This document shows positions 25,173-36,271 of a DNA stretch of 64,000 nucleotides, piece by piece (the first letter of the stretch is position 1; every line of letters starts with the position of its first letter). Source of the DNA: Pseudogymnoascus verrucosus (taxonomy: Eukaryota); the NCBI GenBank assembly GCA_001662655.1, contig KV460219.1. One strand, written 5' to 3'. A program made the translations under genes and the position numbers. Under the pieces are notes generated by a model. The model was given only the letters and a program-made list of their open reading frames with translations, had not been told where the DNA came from and did no database searches.

Positions 25173-25666
25173 TTTTGCTTGCCTGGGAGTGGTTTGGGTG
25201 AGGTGTGTGTGGTGTGGTGTTTGAGGGTTGTTTGTGAGTGAGTGAGTGAGATGGGTGAGGTGGGTGGATATGATGTGTGGTCAAGATTGGGGAGAACAGA
25301 GAAAGGCTGTTCCTGGAGGACCAATACGCTGGTGTGGTGTAGATTTCGAGTTGTTTATTCGTTATCAAAGAGTTGGTACAGCTCTATATTTTTCGTGGCA
25401 CATACACACAATCTACGTGACCAAGAATCCGAAGTTGTTCGTGAAGAACCTCACTCGCATCTCGCCCCGTAACCAAACCTCACCCAACCGCCAAGCCCTC
25501 CACCACCAAAACCCCCCCCGCGCCAACCCGCGCGCAAAGAACGCGTCATCACGTGACTCCACCTACCAAAAAAGATCCCTGAACCGAGGAATCCATATAT
25601 ACGCCCCAAAATCCCATCCCGCATCCCTGTCACTACGAAGCTCCAAAGCTTCAACACCCCCAAAAA

Positions 25667-26891
25667 ATGGCGTCAGATCCGCCCAACCCGGCCATAATGG
25701 CGACGACGACGACGCCCAATCCCAGCGCCGAGGGGAATTCAGACCCGAAACCAAACACCACCACCCCCACCGACGCCGACGACTGGACCCCCGCCCAAAA
25801 AGAAGCTCTTCAAGCGCACCTCTCCGCCCTCCGCACCTCCCGCACCGCCGACGCGCGCCTCTCCCTCCCCCCCCCCCAGCGCCTCCTCCTCGGCACCAGC
25901 ACCGCCTTCCTCGTCGGCTTAACTCTCGGGGGCTCCCACGGATTCGGACTCGCCGGTTTACGGTTCCGTGCAGAGAACGCGCATCGCTTGCCGAAGGAAC
26001 CGACGGGGTGGTATTTATATCATAAGAGCAAGAATTATAAGATGTTGCTTGAGGGGGTTAAGGAGGGGGTGAGGATGGGGGGGAGGGTGGCGGTGTGGAC
26101 GGCGCTGTTTTTGGGGACGGAGGAGGTGCTGGATGTGGTGAGGGGGGGGAGGGATGCGGGGAGTACGGTTGTGGCGAGTTTGACGGTGGCGGGGGGGTTT
26201 AGTTTGTGGAGTAAGTTTTATTTTCCGTTTGTGTTTTTTTCTTTTGGGTGGTGTTGGTGATGGTGATGGTGATGGTGTGTGACACGGGGATGAGGGCTAG
26301 ATGTGGGAGGGAAGGAGCGAGGCTAGAGTGCCTCGTCCGTCGAGAGGGGGAAAGTGCGCCAGAGGGGAAGAGGAAAGGCGATGCGATGGTTGTCTCATCC
26401 GGGGAGGTAGGAGCGATACACCGGCGCCTCGTCTGAGAAGGAAGGTGCGCCGGGCGGTAAGAGAGAGCAGCTACGTGGAACATCGTGAGAGGGGAAAGAG
26501 CGACACGGGAGTACCTGGTCGGCGGGGAAGGCACGATGGATGGATCTACTAAGCCATTGCGCCATGTAAGGAAAGAGCGACGCGCAACAGCCGACTGCGC
26601 GAGTGCCTGAGGGATGGAAGGAGCGTTGTTGGTTTCGGTGTTGGATTTTTTTTGTTGATCATATGACCTACCTACCTGAAAGAAAGACACATTTGCTGAC
26701 GAACTTACCACCACACAGACCGCTTTCCGATGGCTACGGCGGCGCGGACGGCGAAGACGGGGCTTGCGATCGGGTTGGCGTATGGGTTGGCGCAGGATGC
26801 GGTTGGGGCGTTGCGGGGGAGGAGGCCTGGGTATGTGGATTTTGTGATGGGGAGGAGGGGGGAGGGGGGGAGGGAGAGCACGACATTATGA
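25667..26891 (+). CDS. Tim17/Tim22/Pmp24-like membrane protein, 2 exons
   Basis: LRFRAENAHRLP..PTGWYLYHKSKNY and Gly-rich TM segments. Intron 26211-26718 (GTAAGT, GCTGAC, CAG) gives FSLW-NRFPMATAARTAK, ending at TGA 26891. Confidence 0.8.
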
Positions 26892-27144
26892 GGGGTGGAT
26901 GGCTGGGGATACGGGGATACGGAGGAGGAGGGGTGAGGAAGACTGATTGAACGCGAATACGTGAGAAGAGGGATTGAAGGAATACCTGAGAAGAGCGATT
27001 GGGCACGAATGGGTGAAAAGGAGCGAATGAACGCGCATTGTCGAAGAACAGCGATTGAGCGCGAAATACTGAAGAACAGCGATTGATTGAGGAGGATATA
27101 CCAATTGGAGACGAAGAAGAAGCGAAGAGGAAAGAATTGAAATG

Positions 27145-27181
27145 GGAGGGAGTGAGGGAGTGAGGGAGTGAGGGAGTGAGG
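27145..27181. repeat. (GGGAGTGA)n tandem repeat
   Basis: 4-5 copies visible. Confidence 0.8.
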
Positions 27182-28389
27182 ACAAGAGGACGGTGACAAA
27201 GCGGAGAAAGAACAACGGCCACGCCGCCTCATCACCCTCTCCCTCGTGACTCTCTCCCCTCACAAGAAGCAAAGAAAAGCCAACTAATCCAAACCCCAAC
27301 TCAGCACCTGCGCACCACCACCTGCATTCGGCCCGCCTGCATTGGTGCGTGTCTTGGTGTCTTAGAAGTCAATCCCGATAACGGCAGCACCGGTCTCGCC
27401 TGATGAGGTTTGGGGAGGGTCGTGGGTTCGGGGATGACACCTGGATGACAGTGGATGACACTCGGAAATGGTGAATTGGATGATTGTATGGGGAAAGACT
27501 CAGCGAGTATATGCGAGGGGAGATGCACACAAGTACCGTTGGTTTGCATTACGGAGTGTAAGAGTTGTAGTTGTTAGTAGTGTTTTAGTAGTGTTTAGTA
27601 GTGTTAGTAGTAAAAAGAGTGGCTCGACTGGGCCCGTTGGCGCTGGTGAAAAGCTTCAAGTCGGAAATATGTGGGGGGGTGGAGGTAGAGAGGTAGGGGC
27701 CACAAGGGCCATGATGGGGATAATGGGGGCTGGAGTTACTGTATCAGGCCCATCTGTGGGTAAGAAGAGGTAAAAAGGGTCAGGTGACACCGGCTAGAAT
27801 CGCGAGTCGGTATGGATCATTCAATAGACTTTGCAATTCATTACTCACTCCCGCTGCAGTGGCGTAGGGTATTTTGACTGTTTTAGGTTTAGCCCCATAG
27901 ACATCACCAACACAATGGCACACTGTGCTCCTTTCCCGTAGATTCCGTAGACGCAATGTCACCTTCCCCGTAATTTAGTCGCCTTCTATCTCGGCTTTCG
28001 TCGGGGCGATGTCCTTTATCTTGTCTGGACCCTCTCGAAGTTAGTGCGACTATGCGACTATGCGACCATACTAACGGATACAGAGCCTAAAGATAGCGTA
28101 AGTAGTGTCAAAGTAGTGCATGTACTCTACTTATCTTTTTTTCTATCTTCTTTTTTCTATCTTTGGTCTTTTGGTAGCTGTACTAGGCTGCATTAACCGT
28201 GATATATGGTGATGGTGGTGCATGTGGTGTAATCTGGTCTATTATCTGGTGGGGGGTGGGGGGGAAAGGGAAACAATGGATAACAACAAGAGGCCACAGG
28301 GAAAATGGGGGGAAATGTCTGGTGTTTTTGCCATTGAACTATGGCATTTGGAGGGGTATGGTATGTAATGGTCTGTATACCTCATAAAG

Positions 28390-28525
28390 TGTATGTATGT
28401 GTGTATATTGTATGTGTGTATACTGTATATCTTGTATTATCTGTATATCTGCATATCTTGTATTATCTGTAGAGCTGTATACCAATTGTATATCCTGTAT
28501 TATCTTGTATTATCTGTATTATCTC
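28390..28525. repeat. Degenerate TGTATTATCT / TGTATATC low-complexity tandem array
   Basis: Repeated TGTAT(T)ATC units visible. Confidence 0.75.
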
Positions 28526-29391
28526 TGCTCTCTATACACAATTGTATACCCCCCTTCCCCCCAGATAAGCCCATACCAATTGCCTCCCCTCCCACCCTCC
28601 GCCCACCACGCCCAAGCTTATCCGTACCTCCGCCACCCAATTCCTACCAATTCCTACGTGCACGGTACATTTCCAACCACCACCAGCTGACGCCGCCTCC
28701 AACACTCCCCAAGTACCACAAAGGCGATTACGACTTCGAACCACCTCCCACCACCAACCCCGACCGAAACCACCGAACCACCTGCTCCCCCTCCACACAC
28801 TTTCCCACCTTACACACCAATTCCATTACACACTCACTACCACAACAACCCACCTGATGCCGCAGAAAAAAAAAAGACTACACTTACACATACACCCACC
28901 ACCACACCAGCACCCACCCACCCGCCCCATCCCCGACCGACGGACCCACGATCGTCTACGCCGAAGTCGCTGTCCTTATGCCATGAGGTGTGTAGTAGTC
29001 TCGGCCTGCGATGGGTCTCGGCTTTGTGTTGACTAGCTGTGCTGTGTGTGCTGTGCCTGGATTGTGTGTGTAAGAAGGAAAAAGTGGCGTGTGATGCCAT
29101 GTGTAGTGCGGGTGTGTGGTGAGATGACTGTAGGTAAAGGAAAATAAGGTGTGTAGGCCACCAACGGCTCTCGTACGGTTTCCCCTCCACCCTCTCCCCC
29201 TCCACACCATACGGGTGGGTGCGTGCCGTATCATGGTGGTGGCGGCTGTATATATATAAAGGTAGGTGGGATGCCCAGGTATGTTGTGACGTGGTTCTAT
29301 CTTCTGTTATCGGTATTATTCATCATCATCGAGTCTGGTCATCTTTCTTGCTCTTGCTTAGACTCCTACTGCCGCTCATACATCTCTATCG

Positions 29392-29426
29392 TTGTTGTTG
29401 CTGTTGCTGTTGCTGTTGCTGTTGTT
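29392..29426. repeat. (TGTTGC)n microsatellite upstream of PUT1
   Basis: Direct observation; it produces the spurious poly-Cys ORF. Confidence 0.85.
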
Positions 29427-29834
29427 ATTGCCGTTGCCACTATCTGCCGTCATTGTCTGCGCGAGGAAGGAACGACCAAAGAGAGAGATTGGAAGCAAGC
29501 GATATACCCGGAGATATTTTTGTTCGCGGAGGTGAAGTCGGATCAATCAACTGTGAGGTTGAGGTGAAGTCGAACTATCGGACCTTCATTTGAAGTCTAC
29601 CTACCACCGCGATCGTGAGCTTCATTGACGTACATCGCCTACACTACTACCACACCAACCGACCGAGGTATATCCCGGACTGCTATAACACCCACTCAGA
29701 TACACACGCATCGACTTCACTCCATCGAGCGCACAGCTTTCACACCGCGTCTCTTTGACTGCTCTCCTAGCGAGACACTCCAGTCACCTCATCTCACCTC
29801 ACTCACCCCATTGTCCATACCCACCACACACACA

Positions 29835-31316
29835 ATGGCCGGCAAATCCCCACCCATGATGAAGCTGAAGCTGGCCACATCCGGCACAAAAATCAGCCAA
29901 AACGCCCCCTACCCCCGCGGTCTCTCCTCCCGCACCCTCCAACGCCAGGCCGCAGCATCCACCTCCTTCCCCAACGACACCCTCTCCCAACTCACCACCC
30001 CCCCAACCACCACCCCCCGCCCCAAACTCCCCCCCCTCTCCATCCTCCCCCTCCCCCTCCTCCTCCGCAACATCCTCATCTCCTCCATCTCCTCCTCTCG
30101 CCTCCTCCTCCCCCCCTCCCTCGCAATCCTCTCCTACCTCGCCTCCTCCCCCTCCGCCTTCCTAAACCCCGACCGCAACCCCCTCCTCCGCGCCCTCCTC
30201 AAGCGCACCTTCTACGCCCACTTCTGCGCCGGCGAGACCCCCACCGAAGTCTCCCGCACCATCGACTCCCTAAAGTCCATGGGCTACAAAGGCGTCATGC
30301 TCTGCTACGCCCGTGAAGTCGTCCTCGACGCCAACGCCGCCGCTGCCCTCGAAGCATCAGGCGGGAAAGCCACCGCGGCAACAATCACAAACGAAATCCT
30401 CCCCTGGAAACAAGGGACTCTCAAGACCGTCTCCCTCGTCGCCCCCGGCGGATTCGTGGCTGTCAAACTCACAGGCGCGGGAAGCCAAGCCCTCTACAAC
30501 CTCTCGCACAACCTCGCACCCAGCCCCGCTCTCGAAGACGCAATCACATCCGTCTGTGACCTCGCTGCGGCCCGCGGCGTCCGCCTCGTATTCGACGCTG
30601 AGCAGGCCGCGCTCCAGACTGGCATCGACTCCTGGGTCCTCGATCTGATGAGGCGCTACAACAAGGAATCCGCGGTGGTCTACTCAACATACCAAGCCTA
30701 CCTCAAGGGCTGCCCCGCAGTCCTCGCGCGCCACCTCGCCGTCGCAAGAAAGGAGGGGTTCGTGGCCGGCGTGAAATTAGTGAGGGGGGCGTATATCAAC
30801 TCCGATCCACGACACCTCATCAACGACACGAAGGAGGACACGGATATAATGTACGACGCCCTCGCCGAGTCCGTCCTGCGCCGCACCTACAACTCTGTTC
30901 TCCTCCCTGCAAGTACCGAAGAAGCAGACAAATTCCCAGAAGTCAGCCTCGCCCTCGCCTCGCACAATCCCGAGTCAGTCCGCCGCGCCATGGCCGTCCA
31001 AGAATCCCAAGCCGCCAAGGGCGAAGCACGCGTAGAACTCGTATACGGCCAACTCCAGGGTATGGCTGACGAAGTGAGCTGCGAGCTTGTCCAGCGCGCT
31101 GTCGAGGTCGAGGGACAGGTCGTCGTGGGGGGGGAGGAGAAGACGGTGGTGCCGCAGGCGTATAAGTACCTGGTTTGGGGGACGACGGGGGAATGTATGA
31201 AGTACCTTGCCCGCAGGGGGCAGGAGAATAAGGATGCGGTTGAGCGCACTAGGGAGGGGAGGGATTTGATGGCTAGGGAGGCGGTGAGGAGGGTTAGGGG
31301 GGTTTTTGGGTGGTAG
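29835..31316 (+). CDS. PUT1: Proline dehydrogenase (proline oxidase), mitochondrial
   Basis: TFYAHFCAGE, FDAEQ, TYQAYLK, GVKLVRGAY, LASHN, QLQGMAD and YLARRGQEN. ATG in context ACAATGG at 29835. Confidence 0.95.
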   Translation: MAGKSPPMMKLKLATSGTKISQNAPYPRGLSSRTLQRQAAASTSFPNDTLSQLTTPPTTTPRPKLPPLSILPLPLLLRNILISSISSSRLLLPPSLAILSYLASSPSAFLNPDRNPLLRALLKRTFYAHFCAGETPTEVSRTIDSLKSMGYKGVMLCYAREVVLDANAAAALEASGGKATAATITNEILPWKQGTLKTVSLVAPGGFVAVKLTGAGSQALYNLSHNLAPSPALEDAITSVCDLAAARGVRLVFDAEQAALQTGIDSWVLDLMRRYNKESAVVYSTYQAYLKGCPAVLARHLAVARKEGFVAGVKLVRGAYINSDPRHLINDTKEDTDIMYDALAESVLRRTYNSVLLPASTEEADKFPEVSLALASHNPESVRRAMAVQESQAAKGEARVELVYGQLQGMADEVSCELVQRAVEVEGQVVVGGEEKTVVPQAYKYLVWGTTGECMKYLARRGQENKDAVERTREGRDLMAREAVRRVRGVFGW

Positions 31317-32493
31317 ATTTTTTTTCTTCCTTCTTCTTTCCGTTTCGAGTTGGGGGAGTACAGACGGTATTGAAAATGCGAGATTTGGTGGATTTGGAAA
31401 ATGGGGGGAGGCGGGGGGTGAAGTTGATTCGTGTTTTTTGCAATACAAAGCGCTAGATTGGAGCGTTTGTTGGGAGTTCGGGAAGATTGTCATCGCGTTT
31501 TGGTTTTTTTTTTGGGAAGCTCATCATCTTACCATTTTTGGTATTGGAGCTGGGAGTTTTTTTGAAGTTTGTTTTGCTCAGCGATCCTGTTCTCATGGGA
31601 AAGAATGATAGAGAAGCAAAGATTGGTTTTGAGTTTTGAGAATTTTAATTTATAATTTCATGAAATGAAATGAGCTTGCTGTGTGTCTTTGTTTGGTGTT
31701 GAGTGAGGTGTTTTTTTGGGTTGATGGCGTGGGGTGGGATATTTTGGGGTCTGGAGTTTCTGGTGATGAGGGGGGTGTGGTAGTACGAGTCCTAAATGGG
31801 GGAATAATGATGATAGAGAGGGAAGATGATGAAATACGGTGTCTTTGGTGCTGAGTGGATTGTTGTGGTTTCAGTCGTGAGGGTGCACACTTTGGGGGTT
31901 CCAGCCTTGGTTGTGACGATGAGGGTAGTCTCCATTCCTCATCCCCAAATATAACAACTTTTACTTTCAAAGCTTTCGGTCTTTCTTTGAACTATATATC
32001 TAGTATCCAATCCAAGGCCCGTCCCGCCTTCCCGCAATCCTAAACCAAAATCGCCTCCACCCCTTTGTCCCCCCTGCCGCCCCCTTGCTCCCGGCGAGCA
32101 AAATCCCCATCACATCACCATCACCAGCCCTCCCACCCCTATAAGCAAAATTCACTTGAATAGTATAGTATACACTTATCGTGCCTGTAAATAATTGTCC
32201 AGCCCCACTTAGCAAGATAAGCAGGAACTGAATGCCTTTGTTCGACACCGCATGAAGTGGGGCGGCAAGGGCGGCTGGCTGTGCCGCTTACTTTCGGTGT
32301 GAACTCACTCTCCTTTCCTTCCTCCTTTCTTCTTCTTTTTCCTTTTTTTTTGATTCAACAACATCAAGGATTTCGATTACGATCACTTACTTCTTTCCAA
32401 CTCCTTCGTCTTGTTCTTCTCTCTTGGCTTCGGCCTGTCAATACCTACCTCTTTCTACTCCGTAGACATCAAGCACAGAGAGCCAGCACTCCT

Positions 32494-32573
32494 TCCTTCC
32501 TCCCCTCCGGACTTACCTTTCCCCCAGCTTCCACCTCCCCATCCTTCCTCCCCTCCGGTCTTACCTTTCCCCC
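32494..32573. repeat. Two copies of a 32-bp pyrimidine-rich unit, period 48
   Basis: TCCTTCCTCCCCTCCGG(A/T)CTTACCTTTCCCCC at 32494-32525 and 32542-32573. Confidence 0.85.
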
Positions 32574-32716
32574 TCCGGCTTCACGGCCCTGCCCTATCCT
32601 CCTCTTCTTTTCCTTTCCGCATCTGCGCATCGACTTTGCCACGGGCCGTCTCCGTGCCTCCTCTTGCTCTCGGCTCACCCTTCCCTCCTCTTCTTCTTTT
32701 TCTTCCAGTTCTCAAG

Positions 32717-34896
32717 ATGTCCGGACTCGAATCCTCCAGAGGATGGCACCGAGTAAGTCCCCCCCTTTCATTGCTCTTCATCCCCTACTCTCATCGCTTT
32801 TCATCGCAAGCATTCTTGGGCCTGTGAAAGCAAAGCCGATGTTTTTGCCTCTTTGATCGGCTCAACTAATCGGCTACTATCGCTTCCTTTCTCTTGCTCT
32901 GTCCCTTTGTCCAGACTTCCTATCATGGCGGTGCTATCCGCCTTGTTCCCCAACACGTCTTTGTTCCCACATCCTCCCTTCTCATTTCTCACCCTGGAAT
33001 CAACTATAAGTTTCCTTCCTTCCAGCTTTTGCTAACCCACCACCACCAGACTCGCAAACACACGGTCCGGCTGGGTTCTCTCGGCATGGCCAGGAACGCT
33101 GCGGGTGCCCTCGTCTACCGCGCGGATGGTCAGACTGAAGTTGCTGCCGAGGAGATCGGTGAGTCCCCCCTCCGCTCCATTCCGCAATCAACAAGCTCTC
33201 TAACTCACCATCCAGAGCAATACGCCCGTCTGTTACGTGGAGGGTACTATCCCTCCCACGAACACCCCTGGGAGACGGTGCCAGTCCCGGAGAGACACGC
33301 CTGGGGTCGTCCGCCCGCACCCCAGCGCCCACCGGGACTTGGGGCTGCCACTTCAGAGAACGCAGCGCTTTGGTATTTGATTCCGGAGGCAGAACAATTC
33401 TGGCCGGCCGAGGTAAGCCGCTCTCTTCCTTTTCCTTCCTTGCCTTCTTTCTTCGTTCACTTCTTTCATGGACCGGAAGATTGGCCTCGCTTCTTGATCT
33501 GGATCTGGACTGACTTTTTTTTTCTTCCTCTCACAGTTCAGACAATTCGACCGCAGATACGCGGGTGCTCTGATCACCCCACCAGTGATCATCATCACCA
33601 GCGCCGGTGGACCGATCCGTCGACCAACGGGTCAAGTCGCGGGTCAAGCCGCATCACCGAGCCCGGCTGCTTCAGGTTCTCAAACTGGTCGCACCAGTCG
33701 CGGTGCTTTCGTGCAGCTCGCCGGATGTAAGTTCTCCTCCTCCGAAGGCCGCGCTTGTGTGGACTTATTCGGCTTGATACTGACTTTGAAAAGTCTTCAC
33801 CGTTGACCAGCTCCGGAGCTCAGTGGTCATTTTTCCACCCCGAAACATGGAGGGCGAGTCCACCGCTCAACAAGGACTATCTTTAGCAGGTGGTGGCAGC
33901 ACTCTTCCTCCTGTGGCTCCGCGTGGTTCTGTCTTTCACAGACCACAGTTATCCGCATCGGCTCCTGCGTTCATCCCACGCACAGCTGCGCCAGAATTCT
34001 TTCCGCGTGCAGCCACGTTGGCCGCACAGCCCGCTACTTCGGTGACTGTCACGACCTTTCCTTCTTCGACTGCCGTGGCTACTTCCAACCCCGTCCCGAT
34101 CGTTAACCTGCCTCCCCCTTCCGCGAGTGTGGCATCGAAGCCGGCAGCCACACCGAACTGTCCCAGCGAAGATTCTCGCATGGTCGTTCTCAGCGGGATT
34201 CCAGGGTGGGTGTCCGTTGCCAACATGGCAGATTCCGTCTCCTCTGGCCACTACGGGGCATTATTTGCAATCCAATTCGGTGCAGACTACGGCAAGCTCT
34301 GTGCCCGCATCATCTTCCGAGATGCGGCAAAGATGGACATAAACCCCGGTGCAACACCCGGGGCGAAAGGATACTTCGATGCTCTCACGGCCGCAAAATC
34401 CCAACCCTGGGCCGACCGAAGCAGGGCACTCTGGCCCTTCCCTCCCGGATGCGCCGTCGACGTCCGCTTGGAGAATTTTGCAGCCAACGCCTTCATCCTT
34501 GGCATGCGCCCAAGCCTCGGTGAGGATGGGAAGCGAATCCAGGCAGTCAGCCGACGCCTGAGCCTGGTGGGGCTTGAGCAGCTGTTCAGCAGCTTCGGGG
34601 AGAAGGAGATGAGGAACGCCGTTGTGGGTGGTGGCTTCGTTCGCGCGTCGAGCATCGAACGAGTGTGCATCTACAACTCCGGCAACGCGACGATAGTCTT
34701 CGCGGACGTGCCTTCGGCCGTCCAGGCACTCAAACGATTCGAGACTTACAACACCAGCGTGAACGACGCCCTCAAGATCAAGGCGTCTCACTCCAAGGAC
34801 CCTTGCGAGGTCGTCGTTCAGTACACCCCGAACGACTCCTTTGCTCCCCAGCCGACAGCTTACCCGCCGCCGCGTCCCCGGCCCGGCCCAAAGTGA
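32717..34896 (+). CDS. Putative RNA-binding protein (two divergent RRM-like domains, tandem PAM2-like motifs), 5 exons, 544 aa
   Basis: Exons 32717-32752, 33050-33158, 33216-33412, 33537-33726 and 33794-34896 total 1635 nt in one frame. Donors are GTAAGT, GTGAGT, GTAAGC and GTAAGT with CTAAC/CTGAC branch sites. RRM-like segments SRMVVLSGIP..ARIIFRD and SRRLSLVG..NATIVFADVPSA..KDPCE. Confidence 0.72.
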
Positions 34897-36271
34897 TCTT
34901 TCACCGGAAACAGAGGAGGCCGTTCTTGATTCGCAACGGAAAGTTTCGTGTTTTCGTACGTGGGCGGCTCTATCCCTCCCGTCCCCTTTGGACCGGTAGT
35001 CGCCTTGCAGAACTTATCTGCGGTTGGTCTGGCGTTGCTGTCTGTGTTTTTGCCACAGCGGTTTCCTTCGTTTTTTTGGGGGGGGCCGCTGTACGTGGAC
35101 AGCGACGTCAGGCCATCCCGCCATCCAACATGGTTGTGCTGCTCTGCGCGCTTTCGTTTTCTGGATTACCCCTTTACCTCTCCTGGTATGGGGCGGGGGT
35201 TGCTGCCTTTGTCGTTCCACAGCAGCTCCTCGGGGCTGCTGCACGTGGGCAGCAACTCCTGGCTTCTTTCTCGTGAGTGCTTTAGTTCTTGAACAAGGGT
35301 TCTATCCATAGGACCTGGTCCGGTTGTCGTGCTTTCCGAATCGACTTGTGTTGAGGATTCTCACGAGCCTGAGTTCTCCATCTTTAATGGGAGTGTGATA
35401 ATCTCTCGGTCATCAACCAGCGACTACCTATCCGAGATCTTGATCAAATCGGTATCAGACACCGCATTCTCACCGAAGTTGGTACTAGGACTATTTCAAC
35501 GGCTTCGCAACTCGACTTGGCTATCTGTCCAGGCACCCTCCATCGGATCCATCCGCATACGAGCATACTTTTCATCTCCTATTTCCAGTTTCGCTAGCTT
35601 TTATATGACTTCGCATTCATCGACTTTGGCTTTTTTACCGCGAATTTGTTACTTTGGCTCTTTTGTGCGACTCTGCATGTTTCTGCGCTTTGGCATCTGT
35701 TTTGGCTTGGTACATTGAGTAACTCTGCAACTTTGGTTTCTTCTTTCGGCATTGGCGGCTACTTCTCGACTTGGTGCGCATATTCATCGACAGCTTCTGC
35801 TTTTCCTTTCTGTACGAGTAGACAGAGAAGTCAATAAAGCGTGCTTTTAAATTGAGGTCCTCCTGAATGTGGCTGTGAATGTGAATGTGACATAATTGCG
35901 GTGATAAATGCGAGTAATAGAGTGAGGAATTGTGAATGGGCGAAGGGCGTGAAGGGTTCTGTGATTGTGAATCCGCAATCCTGTCTCATTTCACTCCACT
36001 CACTGATCAATAACTTCACAGCATTTGAACAACGAAAGATGACACGGTAGATAAAGCGCATTGATTCTCCGGGCTAATTCACGGCTTAGCCAAGAACACA
36101 ATATAATACGGTACGATATGGTATGGTATACACACCCAACCTCCCAACTCCACCCCACCTTCCCAAACGCCATCCTCACCCAAAATCACCACCCCATCAT
36201 AGCAAACCCATCCACAAACGCCAACCCCCAATCATACATTTTACAAGTCTCCCCCCCATCTTCATCCCCCC

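Noticed and set aside
28393..29593. Cys/Tyr/Ile-rich and poly-Cys ORFs
   Set aside because: They are translations of microsatellites.
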